A stretch of 64,000 nt of DNA from Blasia pusilla (taxonomy: Eukaryota): positions 5,580,001 through 5,644,000 of the forward strand of contig CM114271.1 of NCBI GenBank assembly GCA_050084515.1, in the 5' to 3' direction. Position numbers and translations under genes: made by a program. Each line of letters opens with the position of its first letter. Position 1 is the first letter of the stretch. Of this stretch, positions 1 through 12,819 are shown in pieces. A model generated the notes under the pieces. It did not search any database, had not been told where the DNA came from, and saw only the letters and a list, made by a program, of their open reading frames with translations.

Positions 1-3000
1 TGGAATGCAGGCTCATATCCATGTTCACCAGAACTTTGAAATACCTGGATTTATGAACAGTGTGTCAGATCAGCCCTTGTTTCTAGAAAAACTGAAGTTG
101 GCACTAAATTTAAAAATCCATCTTACTGATTACATGGACATTAAACTGCCACATGTGCTGTTATCATCAGATGTACTGGTTAATCTACTATTGGCCACCA
201 TCTGTGAGAACAATTTTGTGAGGCATATCAGGAAACCCAACAAATTTACTAGAACTAGAACACTGCTTCAAATACGAATAATTTTGACATTCGGCAGCAG
301 AAGTTCAAAGACTTTATCTTCACCTAGTGTGCCAAATATTTTGAGAAACCATCTACAATAACACATGATTAGACACAGGTAGGCTTCCTACTACAATCCA
401 CCTAATGAAATCGAGTTCTCACTCAGGACTTACTCAGTGATCTGGACAGAATTCATAAGCTTAAGAAGAACTTCAACCGCAATCACAGGATTATTCTCCA
501 CCAACTCCTGCATATGTACAAACATATAACCAATAGAACATCTGTACCAATACTCCAACCATGTCTCTAATTGAAAGGTCTGTTGATGCAATCGGCCAAA
601 CTTAAATTCATGAGTTACTAAAGGCCCCAACAAAAGAAACCAAATGCACTGTTTACTTCGTAGTTCACCCATCTTGGTTCTCTGCTGTACGATGTGAATG
701 ATCCCCACTAGCCTCAATTAGTCTTCAAAGTTCTTCTTTCTCAAAATGTGGAGACATGAAAAAATAAGAAGCCTCTAGCTCCACTGAACCTAAAAAGCGG
801 AGCAGATCTAAAACAAAGATCAACTAACCCGAGCAGAGTGCGAAGTATTGCAGTAATTCAAACAAAAACATTGGCCTAAACCTTGGAGATCATTAATTAA
901 AGAACTTTGGTGCCACATATTCCGGGAAATTCTGTACAATACTTACTGGTAGCCGTCGTGGAGTCAAGCCACAATGATACACAAGCTTGGGATCAGCTTC
1001 CAGTTCCATTAGAACTTGCTGTTTCAGAAACAACAAAACCTGGTCAATTTTGCCTGATAAAACTAGGCTAGACACACTTCAAATTGTAATTACCTTGTTC
1101 AGAAAACTCTGGAAATTTGTGGAAAAGCATTGATCTTAGAATCCAAAAGAAAAAAATAAAATGAGTATAGCATACTGTAATTGGGATGCTCAGCGACACC
1201 ATGAAACCACCCCTACCATAAATCCAACTAATGTTATACAGCCACTAAATACTAAATTTAGAAAGATATTGAATAGGGCAGACCTGCTGCTGAGCTGGAG
1301 CTAAGGCTCCCTTCAATGCCCTAGCTATGAGTTCTCGCACAGCTGCACCTCTGCTTGTATCAGCACACATGTCATGGTCCCACAACAGTTCATGACTGTT
1401 TTCTGGGTTCAGCCATATCATCTGCCAGGTAATATTGATGGCACGTTCAGACTCTCATGAATTGCCTTACTTGAGTTCTTTAGGACTCACCAGTATTTTG
1501 AAGTAAAGATCCTGGGAGGGAAACCTCAATTGACTCAGGAGGTGCATGACATGATCCTAGCCATCATGCTGTACTTAAGTGGGAATAATGTACAATGAGA
1601 CAGTAGTATACACGAAACGGTTCTGAATTGTACATTCATCTGACCCAACTGGTTTAGCAAGTTAGATGGAGCATTCATTGGATAATTAGTAACCGGCCAA
1701 GCTACCACCTTAAATCTGTTTCATTCATAACCATGGGACAACATATTTTCTTTGAAGTAGAACAAAAGATAAACTTTTCAAAGCCAGAAACCAGACGTGG
1801 TGGCAATACTCTACTGTCATCTTACCTCCCCTTCTTGCACTGGGAGCCTGGGAGGAGGAAGACGAACCCAAGGAGGTTCCAGTCCCTTCAATGATGCTGA
1901 CTGTACTATGTCAACTGCTGTGGCATCTCTGTTGCCCCCTCCAATTCGCTGAGGACCTCCTGGCACACCCAATCTGTCAGCCACACCGCCATACTAGTCA
2001 AACAAACTTGCTCGCTGTTCACAATGAGTTCAATACTCTGAACTTGATTGTAAAAGGCCCAAGTTTCCCCCATGCAGTCTTATTACATTGATGTGAACAA
2101 AGTTAAGGCCCTTATGTTTGGAATAACTTCCCAGGTTTGGAGGGTCAGTGTTATCAGACGGTCCATATTCACGAAGTATAGTGTCTATCATAGACTTGCT
2201 ACTGTGGAGGAAGAGTGAATGTGAACCTGAAACATTGAAAATTCAATGTGTATACGAGCAATTGGCTTGCGTGCTATGGAACTGAGGCAAGACAAGAATA
2301 AGAAACAGAAACTAAAAGTGCTGCTGACGACCAATCACCAACCATGTCCTCAAACCAGCCAAATAATTCTAAAAACAACTAGTTTACTGCATTTATTGCT
2401 AGATGACAATTGATGTGCCTTCAGGTCAGACAGCGAGTATACACACTTCAAGTTCTTACCAATTATACTAATGCATAGGTTAGGAAAGTTGCTCGTTCTG
2501 ACTACCTAAACAGCAATGATGCAGGCATGAACAACTTACTCTGGAGTATCGAGATCGTAGCCTTCTGGAACATCTGGATCAGCCACAATGTTGTTAATGG
2601 CAGCTCTCTTGAAGCTGCTCACTTTCGGTTCAGACGGCAATTTCTCAGCAAACTGTCGTCGGAGCTCTCCTCGAGAAACTAGATTCTGGAACAAGGCCAA
2701 TCTGATTACTTTTATGATAACGGTCTACTCCAAATTTCTGTACATTGGCTCTGGACAATGAGTGATGCCGTAAAGAAAAGTGTTCAAAGAGGGGACATAC
2801 ATACTGGATGATCTCTTAAAAACTGTAAAGAGAAGAAGACCTACATGAGCAGTGGCATCGAAAGTGGAAATAAACTCAGCTGCTGTCTTTCTTGAAATCT
2901 GCGATGATCAAATAGTTCATCAGTTGCTGCAGGTTTTGTTTCTTCTCGTTTAAAATGGACGAATCCTACTCTATTCATTGAACACAGCCTTTGGGACACA

Positions 3001-4136
3001 GCGACTCTTCTGGTGTTTTGCTTACATCTTTGGTACTATTGCTGAGGGATTGCAGGAGTTGAAGGATAAATGCACGCTCAAGTTTCTCTGCTGTTTCATC
3101 TGTAGCTGCCTGTGCACAATGTTTTCTCAGAATCAGCAAGGATTACCAGGTCAGAAAATTCGTATTCATGTAAAGGTGACCGATTCTTCCGAGTCCAGTT
3201 AGGAATGAAGCTTAAGCCCTAGAATCCGTAGTGACGACCAAGCAGTTATGAGGGAAGTTCGTCTCAGCACTGATAATGCTGCATGCTAGAGGTAAACTAA
3301 AGCTAAACAATCTCCATAAAGATACCGGTTGTTCTAAGCAGTGATAAGTTCCACCGAGAAAGTAGGCCATACCGCAGTTTTTACCTGTTTCCGTAAATGT
3401 CAGCCACAATGATATATCAACTAGATACTCCAGTAAGGACAGATTTAAATAGATATAAATTCAGTAGTGGATGATAGTGGATAAATAATAACACTCACAT
3501 CAACTAGTATTGACATGAAGGGGTTGGTACTGGGCTGCTCCACGCGGTACAGATCATTGAGAATGTAGAAGGCCACCAGGCGCTGCGGTTGTGCCAATAC
3601 TCGTCGATCCTGAACAAGAATGACTGTAGAATAAGGTTTTGCTACAGCATTTCATGCACCAAAAGGCGATGTATTCCATTTATGACTTTGTGAGAGCATC
3701 ACAATAATCACTCAGTCCCGGGACGTGAACATAGAGCTAAAGGATGCAGAAAGCCTCCAAAAAGCGAAATTTCCAAACCGTTGCAAGTTCTCGCCACTAT
3801 TCATTCACTCTAAAATTCGAAGGTCCTGGACTTCAAGTCAGACACGCAGGCGCAGGGCTGACCGATCTGAAAACACGCGCTCCAACATCAATAATACCAT
3901 GGTCCCGCAACTACATTGTATTTCTCGCGGCGATCGCCACGGCAACCGACTTCACAACGTCCAGAAATTATTTCCAACCCTAACGTACTCACCTCCAAAA
4001 GCAACACGAGACAGCAGCAAGATTTGAAGTGCAAGGGCCGCTGAAAAGTGGCAGTGAATGATGCCGCGCAACTCTCCAGCGATCTTCCATCGCTCAGAAT
4101 CGAGAGCAGCGTTGCTGTGTCCCTCACGCTCAGCAT
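1..4136 (-). CDS. CNOT11: CCR4-NOT complex subunit 11 (NOT11/C2orf29 family), multi-exon, 3' end runs off the window
   Basis: Manually spliced GT-AG exons: 4136-3993 (MLSVRDTATLLSILSDGRSLES...LVLLLE), 3609-3499 (QRLVAFYILNDLY...NPFMSILVD), 3109-3026 (AATDETAEKLERAFILQLL), 2898-2845, ~2685-2540, ~1972-1825 (LEPPWVRLPPPRLP), ~1422-1284 (IWLNPENSHELLWDHDMCADTSRGAAVRELIARALKG), ~1020-946 (LEADPKLVYHCGLTPRRLP), ~508-433 (ELVENNPVIAVEVLLKL), ~44-1 (YFKVLVNMDMSLHS). These match recalled plant NOT11 sequence motifs. Confidence 0.92.
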
Positions 4137-6723
4137 CGTTCCCTCCGTCCAGACACCTTCGTTTCCTTTACTCTCCCCGCTGCAGGAAAACACTAGAGAG
4201 AACGCGGATGTCTTGTGGCTTTCGCATAGTCCGGGCCTGCCGTAGGAAAGCTTTAGTCCCCGGGTGGACGTCCATCGGGAACGACCTGTTACCCTGCATA
4301 TAGATGTCATCGATAAATTGTAGAAGCAGAGATGGTAGAGCGGAGAAAAGGGTTTCGTCTATTTTATTTTATTTTATTTTTAAAGAATTTTGTCGTCAAT
4401 GTCCTTTTTTATAAGCTTTGTGTCCCGAGTCTTCTTTCAATTTTTTCTATGAATATTGTTAAAATTTTTAGGTTTCTTTTGGACATTTTCTCATGAGTAG
4501 TGTGGTGTTGTGATTAGTAGCTTGTGCATCACCGCATAACATATATCATTCTCTAAAAAAGAAAGTCATACACAATATAAATAAATAAATCATCACACAA
4601 TAAACCTTAATTGGGAAAACATCGAATAACCCTATAATCCATCTAATAGTCCAAAAATATCTTGATCCATGATCAATCACATAAAATGAATAACTTGATC
4701 GTCAACACTTTAATCTTCCCTACTCCGCTTTCTCCTTATCCTTCTTGCCCATATTTTCTACCACAAGGGAAAACTTGGTGAAAAAAATTCAAACCATGCA
4801 CCCAAGCTACAACAACCTACAAAAATTTTCACTCCAAATTCTCTCTTGGAGGCTAAATAAAAAATTGGAAACCCTAGAATTCGTCTCAAAATTTTCATTT
4901 AATGAACATCTATCCCTTATTGTTCCTTTACATTTGACAAAGTCAAATGTTTGTGAGAGGTTTTAGTCTAAAGTAGGAGGGATGTTTGGTGATGAACGAA
5001 ACATGATTTTGGCACCCTTTTAGATTCAGCGGCAAGATTAAATCCATTGGAATCACTAAATTTTGGAGATCAGGGCCTAAAATTAAAGAGAGCCCAAATG
5101 AAAATGGTTATAATTTGGCATAAATTAGATCCATTTCTCCCTTTTTAATTTCCAATATCCCTTGAAGACTCTAACAATGTATCTACAAATGAAAAATTGG
5201 TGCAAGCTTTGAAAAGAGGATTGAGGGAGGCTCATAATATGTATACTATTCTTGAGATGAATCACTATATCTCTGAATTGATAGAACATAATGGTGGTTT
5301 AGCCAATGGATCAGAGAGAAACAAGTTTGAAAGAAGTACTCTATTGCTATTTGGAATATATAAGAATTTATAGATGACCAAGATCTTCTTGTAAGCCCAA
5401 CCCTCTATAAGTATAAAAATAGATGTAAGTGATTGAGGGGGGTTAACCCAATATAGATTTGTATTTATGGCATAATCAAGAAAGGAGGTTGAATGTTTGC
5501 AAGGAGGAGATGTATGTGGATGACTACTATGAACTTGACATTATTGGTAATTAACTTAGGCATGCAGTGTTTGATCTTTTTGGTCCTAGATGATAATTTG
5601 AAAAGAATATTGTTCCATTGATGACTTTTGAGGGCAACCAAATCTATAAGAGTGCATTTGTGAGTCTCTTGGTTGGAAATCCATAGCTCCTAAAACATAG
5701 ATTGAAGAGAATAGGCCAAGGCATAGGTCTGAGTGAAAATATGGGGGCAGATTAACCAACACGTACGTGACAGACGACTAAATGGCATCTCAAAGTGCTA
5801 CAGCTTGTAGGCGATACTGGCAAGGTCCAGTCGACTAGGCGGGTTGGAAGTCAGAAGGCCATAGTATCCTCCTAAACCTTCGTTTTGGAAAGAGGGAAGG
5901 CAGTAGAAACACCAATAATCAAGAAATTATCCTACGTATCTACGTAATCTAAGCATATCTAACTCTACACATCTTACCAAAGAAACTCCCACGGATCCCA
6001 TATTGGATATATGTGATCGACACAGTACGGTATGGGGGTTTTTGCATGTCTGTAAGGCCTTTCCGCCTTTGGATCTTTAGCTATAAAAAAAAGTGAACGG
6101 GCGGATAAGGTGGCGTTGAAATTTCTCTAGCTTCTCTATCAAGCTATAGAGAACGACGAATCACAAAATAGTTTTCATTCACTCGGTCCACTTGCCCGTG
6201 CTTTCTTGGAAAAACTCTTGTATATGTACGGTAGTTGTCTTCCAATGTGTCCCACTCATTTTTCAACCCGAAAAGCAGGAGGCGATGGATGGGGAGAAGG
6301 TCGCGATTCCCGCCGATGACATGATGGATGGGCCAAGGCCATAGCCAAACTGAGTGGAATAACTCCAGTAGACCTCCAAGACAATCCATAGAATATGGGT
6401 GAAGCAAATAGCTTTGCCCCTCTCTTTTTTATAATTGATGAGTTGCTAAGAAGCTCTATGTAATTTTTTGGAGAAAGGTAGCCAATTGACTACTAATTTG
6501 CTTAGTGATGTTTTTTTTTTGTACAATAGCAAAAAGTGTACAAGGGTCAATAGATTTCAATAGCTCTTGTTCATATTACGCTATGAGAACGGCGGGTATT
6601 TGGTCTAAGTAACCTTTGAAAGTTGCATAAATAACCACGATTTGTTTTTTAATAGGAATTGGGCTATATTGTGCTTTTTTAAGTAGCCCAGCCCATAAGG
6701 GCCATATAGACTTGACATCATCC

Positions 6724-7465
6724 TCACCTTCCTCCAATATATCATTGGTAGTTTTTGTGAGTGCAGCACATGGATTGGAGTGTCAATCATTTTGACTAAG
6801 ATTGAGTTCCTCAGTGTAAAGTGTACAATGCTCTAAGAGCTTGGCGAAACTTGCCAAGGATGCTCAAACTCTACAAGACGATAAGTATAAACTCTAAAAT
6901 TGTTATAAAAATGGAGAAACCTGTCAAATACGAGATCACTCTATTACCTGCCTTGTGTGGCTCAACTCAAAAGGTTGTTCAACACTACATAGGTTTTGCG
7001 CTATCTAGATATCAACAGAGAGCATGGAATGGAATCATGCTTTTGATACAAAGAAACCTATTCTATTTATCAGACGATACCACCCAACTAGAAGGCCCAT
7101 GAGGAAAACCTAGAGAAGATAATCGATTTTCGAAAGCTGAAATTTTTTCGGGGTTTTCGATTATTTGATTCACGGCTTCTTGCAAAGCGATCATCGTTTT
7201 GTCCGAACGTGTGGGTGACTTGAGCAGGATTTTTTTATTACCCTCTCTAATCGTTGCGTACTAAAAACAAGGGAGAGGGATATAGAAAGAAAAAAGTTAT
7301 AAAAAACAGTGATTGCTAGTAGTATTGGTGTTTCTCGACAAAAAAAACTCTTATAGCATTATACACTTCACATTGAGGAACTCAATCTTAGCCAAAATGA
7401 TTGACACTCCAAGCCATGTGCTGCACTCACAAAAAATTTCCAGTGATATGTGGAGGATGGTAAGA
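6724..7465. mobile_element. MITE/foldback-like non-autonomous DNA transposon with ~110-bp terminal inverted repeats
   Basis: 6752-6830 (tttttgtgagtgcagcacatggattggagtgtcaatcattttgactaagattgagttcctcagtgtaaagtgta) is the near-perfect reverse complement of 7356-7436; weaker similarity extends to ~6724 and ~7465. No TSD could be fixed. Confidence 0.65.
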
Positions 7466-8393
7466 GTCCAATAAGTACAAAAAGAAAAAGGTGGCTTTAT
7501 ATTGGAATACCACTAGAATGGGGAAGGCAGATGATCAAGAAAGAATAATGCTTGATTGTGCAGTTGTATTTGATGATGGGTAAGTGGCAAAGGAGGTTTG
7601 AACAACCAAGGCTTATTCTTGTAGAGATAAGGTTAGAAAAGCAAGCACTTAGGCCTTGTACAAGGGCCTCCATTCAAGTTGGAGCTAAACGAGTCATTTG
7701 GAGTATCTAGGTAAGAGAAAGATCTTTAGAAAAAACCTATATTTGTTATAAAAGGTAGTTTATCAAAATGTAAAATAGTATGTAACTACTATGAGCCCTT
7801 AGTAAATAGTAAAGTGAAATTCAAATACACAAAGCCTAATTCACAATGGATAGACATAGAGAGTGTTGTCTATTTGGTAACTATGAAAGCCACCACAGAT
7901 GTCATGGTAAGCACTTGGACATTGGATAAGCATGATAGATTAGCTTTGTATAGTTTCATAGAGGGGAATAGTCGAATCACTATATATATATAATGATCAT
8001 ATTGTTATACTAGTGAATATACCCTTGATTGAAATTTGTGATTATTGTCAATGATAGATTGATTCATGATGATAATGATGGTCTCACTTCATTCTAGAGA
8101 GACCAAAAAGTGTATTATTTTTATTTGCACTTGGTTTTGATCTTTTTTTTTGTCTATTTATTAAATATTGGATACGTTCTCATATTCATGTTGGGTTGCT
8201 AAACTCCTTGAGATCATGCTTGACATGTATTTATGTGTTGATGGATTTATCTAGACATCATTAGTCTTATTTGAATGCACAAAGATTACATACTAGATTC
8301 TTTGAATTTAGTCCTTTTATGGTATGGTTCTTATTGCTTCAATACACAAAGATCATTTATTGCTTTTCTTGTGGTTTGGTTTTCTAAATTCAA

Positions 8394-8958
8394 CTAGTTA
8401 GCATGTCCGTGCTGTGCACGGAGAGAGGTTTTATTGCAAAGAATTATTAGCAAAGAAAATAAAATTAAAGAGTGGACATTCGTTTTTAACCCATTCCTCA
8501 CATACATAAAATCATCACTAAACCATTCCCCTTATAAATATGACCCCCACCAATCAAATTAAACCCCACCACTTCCTATAATAATTACTACCCAAGTTTT
8601 AACCCACTCCTCCCATACATAAAATCACCACTAAATCACTCCCCCATAAATATAACCTCCACCAATCAAATTAAACCCCACTACTTCCTACAATAATACC
8701 TACCAAGTTTTAATCCATTCCTCGCATACATAAAATCACCACTAAACCACTCCCCCATAAATATAACTCCTACGAATTAAATTAAACCCCACTACTTCCT
8801 ACAATAATTACTACCCGAGGATTTTCACTTCTTCTCGAACCCATAGCAAGTTACAATATGAATACATGAAGAAAAAATAGTAATATGTTACTATTTTGTC
8901 TTATTATAGTTGTTATCTTGTCTTATTCTACTTGTGGGGTTGCGTAATATAGTATGGA
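8394..8958 (-). mobile_element. Probable short non-autonomous Helitron
   Basis: On the minus strand a perfect hairpin TCCGTGC-aca-GCACGGA (8406-8422) lies 8 nt before a terminal CTAG|T (8394-8397). A candidate 5' end TCCATACTATATT is at 8958, but it is preceded by G rather than the canonical A. Confidence 0.55.
8483..8818. repeat. Tandem repeat, ~112-bp unit x3, inside the putative Helitron
   Basis: Unit start ttttaacccattcctc..catacataaaatcaccactaaacc recurs at ~8483, ~8597 and ~8708. Confidence 0.85.
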
Positions 8959-9249
8959 CAGACAGGTTGATTCAATGATGAGTTTGAAGATTCTAATGTT
9001 ACAATGAAAGATTCATATGAAATTTGTGCCACAATAGCGCTCGGTTGGGATTTGTTTTGGGGTTGACTTGTGAGAAAGGGAAACGTGTTATTTGAGTCAT
9101 CTTCTAAGATATGGCAACAAAAATTAGTTGAAAATTATAAGATAGGACTTCAAAATATCTGAAAAAAGGTGTAATATACATCCTTTTAATAGGGGTTTTT
9201 CCGCACATATCCTTGGACCCCCTAAGAATAGTGAACTCCCCTAGCTAGG

Positions 9250-11300
9250 GTCTAACTATTATGACCTTCAAGGTTGAGAATCACTAAACACTTGATCAAA
9301 TTCCAAGCTAGCTAGGTTACAACCTCCTTGAAGTCTAACTCTTGTGGGTCTCGAGGTCTTCTCAAGTTCCACCTTGCTTTTGGTTTTTCTCTTTCGAGTA
9401 TCAGCAACTATCATTCAAGACACCAATTAGGGCTTGAGTCTCGCTACTACAACTTATACCTTGTTCATAAGACTTCGAATGTTTCTTTCTTGGTATGAAC
9501 CTACTATAGTTATAATGTTTTGCGTTGGCACGTGTTTAGTAATGAGGGTCGCCACATCACTATTCTTGCCTCAACCAAGTTGTGGCTCCCACTTTGAATC
9601 AAGGACCTCTACATAACACTATAAGTGTAGGGTCATTAAAAGATAAACATATCACTAACCAACTTAATGCATTGAGAATCTTTTGGCCCTTCAATATACC
9701 CAAATCATGTATGCCAAATGCAACAAAACTTTTGTTATTCCTCAAGTAATACTCAACGCCGCTCTTTACTTATCAAATGGGGTTCAATCTCTAGCACCCA
9801 AGTCTCCATCATGACTATGATGGAAGCCTACTCTTTCATGTTACCCCAGTCCTCAACAAGTTATTCTTGACTTTGTGAGATTTTCCTCGGACCTCCTCGA
9901 AGGCACCCAATGGATATTCTTTGATGCACAACAAAATATGTGACAACTCTCTTGTCTATATTGCCTCTATATGCATGTAAGGGGATTACAAGTGCTTGAT
10001 AAACTAGGGATGTGTCTTGAGTGCATCTAATATTGTTCAACCATTCCTAGACTAACAATCCATGCGAAGTAGTTCAAGTCGATCACTTAAGTTGTCCTCA
10101 ACTTACCGAGATTGAAATATAGTCTCCCTAAATGCACTAGTAAAATTACTCTTTGCTCGAATCTAGACCTAATAGCCCTCTTTCTAACCGTGAAAGGTGT
10201 GAAAGCTTGCCAATGTTGATAGTGTTGTACATGGCATGCCTACTTTATTGACCACTATTAATGAGATCAATATTTATGTGGCATTGCCTATCATGAATGC
10301 CCTTGATCTAAAATAGAATCCACCATAAACAAGGAGGCTCGCTCCACTCTAGTATGTGCTTTCCTCAACACCTCATGCGGTATCAAGTTTGTCCATCATA
10401 GGTGAGGACAATATGCTTATGAACCCATCTAACATCTAGAAATAGAATCAATCCAATCCTTGCCTTAATTTGGCATACACTTGTTACCATTCGTTCCCAA
10501 GGATCACCCAACAATAGTAAATTCTCCATGATGTATGATATAGAATGAGATTGATGCTCCCACATGTCATAAGATTCACTTCATCTTCTAAAACAACCTA
10601 GATTTTGGGTCTCTAAAACCACCCCTTCGTCGAGCACTTGCCCATCCTTAACATAGCTAGCTTACAATCACCAAATGAATGGTACTCATTTGGTCCAAAT
10701 CTTACGCCTCAATAGTGAGATGTCCTTACGTAACAAACTCTAATAACCCTCGATTGATGTTTCTTATAAGAGATGTGGAAACCCTAACATCAATTGAGCT
10801 ACATGTCGAAGTGAGACTCGGCTTGCAATCTCATCTTGCTCCACGTACATGTGTTAATGTACGCAAATACCTACCTATAACATAGTTATCAATCTAGTGT
10901 TGATCCTTCTAAAGACATCGAACACTCTCACACCCTCTTATGGATCTTTCCACATAATCAGTGTGATGTCCAAGGACGACAACATAGCACTCCCTAGTAC
11001 CTTGGGCCCCTCTAACCCATCTTGACTTAGTGCAAAGGCCTTACTCCAAGTCGCTTGTCAACAATATGTCAAAGGTTCTTAATCAAATCTTATAATAGTT
11101 GTTATGCTAGTTCTATTCAAGTAATAATAGATGGTATAGACCAATATAAGGGTTACATGTGTGGCTAGAAGTGGAACGGCCATATAGACTTGTTGACCTC
11201 CCTTAATGATACGTGTGCACATGTCACTTCTACGTGCTTTCTTGGGACCTTGTTAAAGATTTATTGAAATTCTTAGTTTACTTAGGAACCTACTATGCAG
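9250..11300 (-). mobile_element. Highly decayed Ty3/Gypsy fragment (3' LTR plus integrase remnants)
   Basis: The minus strand from 9556 reads tgtggcgaccctcattactaaacacgtgccaacgcaaaaca, similar to the LTR starts at 30329 and 48545, and is preceded by a purine-rich tract. Remnants resembling integrase (GDPWERM; LLxMVD) lie at 10300-10560. Boundaries are approximate. Confidence 0.5.
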
Positions 11301-12819
11301 GTTATGGTGACCGATATGTTGAGATCACCTTCATGTAGCCTTTACTCCATGAACCTTATAGGTTTCCCTTTACCCTCTAAAAGAGCATTTGGAGTGAAAA
11401 ATTTTGGATTATGTTCTTGTGGCTTAGGTTCATGGTTTGAAAAATTTCCACTTGTTTTTCCTTTGTGGAAGAAAAGATGAGCAAGAAGGAGAAGAAGAAT
11501 TGAAGAGTCATGCAGCATTATATTCGACATCGAGATTAGAGGGAGAGTCCTTAGATCTAGACGTCGATGAGGAGCCAATAAATGGTTGAGATATTCATGA
11601 GGATAGGGAAGTCTTGGAGTGCTTGTGGATTAGGAATATAGTGAGAATAGTGGATGCCAAAGAGTGGGATGAGATCATATATTTAGTTAGGCGACTTAAG
11701 TGGGATGGAACATGCATTTTAAGATTCTCAGAGAATAGTGGAGTATGAATGGTGACTCATCTTTTGCAATGAGCACAAACGGTGTAATATACCTATAAGT
11801 AGTTGGGATATTTTGGAGTGATGGAGACTATAGCTTTCTTAAAGTACAATATTGGTGGTATGGCATGAGAGAATAGATAAAATCTTTTGTCTCTAGGCAC
11901 ATTATGTGTAATAAAGTCAAAATATCTTTTAATGCTCCAACTCCATCTTGCATGCATACCTAATCATGGATTTAGGCAGTTGATGGAGTTTTTATTTTGC
12001 AAGGTCTTTACCATTGATGAAGTCTCATAGTTGATATGTGTTGGTGATGGTTGAGGATTTTTTTGAAATAGATAGACTTGGTTTCGTTTCCACAAAAAGA
12101 AAGCGAGGGAGTAGCACATGTATTCTTAGATCAAATGATACAAGTAGTGCTAGGTCAATATGACACATAAATAAAGGTCTTGATATGTTGGTCTAGAGAG
12201 GTCACCAATGACATTGGGACCAACATGTGTTGTGGTTGGTCATGGATTACAAGTTTGGCATGAAGGAATCCTTTTCACTCCAGTTTTTGCTCTATGTACA
12301 AGAGATAGATTTATGTGCGACAATTCACAAGGTTACAAGCATACAAATTTTGTGTCTAGAAACTTAAGTCTATCATATGGGAGGACAAGCCCATTGAAAT
12401 TTCTAAAGTCAATGATTAGGATGGAAACACCATGTCTTTTCATGCTTATGGTATGGAGAGACTTGTTTGTTTCTATGCAATAATGGCCTATTGGTATTGA
12501 TGTTGGTGATGCGTTGAATCTCAATGATCTAGATGTGTGGGTACAAGTATGATCATAATGGATCGAGGTATTTTGGAGAGTCATGCCCATGGCATTTGGG
12601 AGTCTGGCTATTGCACTACATGAGGACATATTGAGGTATACAACTATTGGTAGAGGAGGCTATTGATAAAAAATCTCTATATTTCATCATTAGGGAGACT
12701 ATGCTTATAATTTATTTGCAGTAGAAGTGACCAACAATGCTAGATGTTATAGTAAGGCATATTGTTTTGAGAGTACATAGGTTTTTCTATTAGGAATTCT
12801 CTTGTTTGACGAATATGAT

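Noticed and set aside
1-4136. CNOT1 as the gene identity
   Set aside because: The short protein and the motifs (ELVENNP, NMDMSLHS, LLWD..MCADTSRG) fit NOT11, not the very large NOT1 scaffold.
4900-8000. Decayed coding-like stretches (e.g. PLMTFEGNQIYKSAFVSLLVGNP at ~5615-5685)
   Set aside because: Probably an old DNA-transposon relic, but too degraded to assign without a search.
11300-12810. Possible Helitron or LINE protein remnants
   Set aside because: No convincing motif could be read in any frame.
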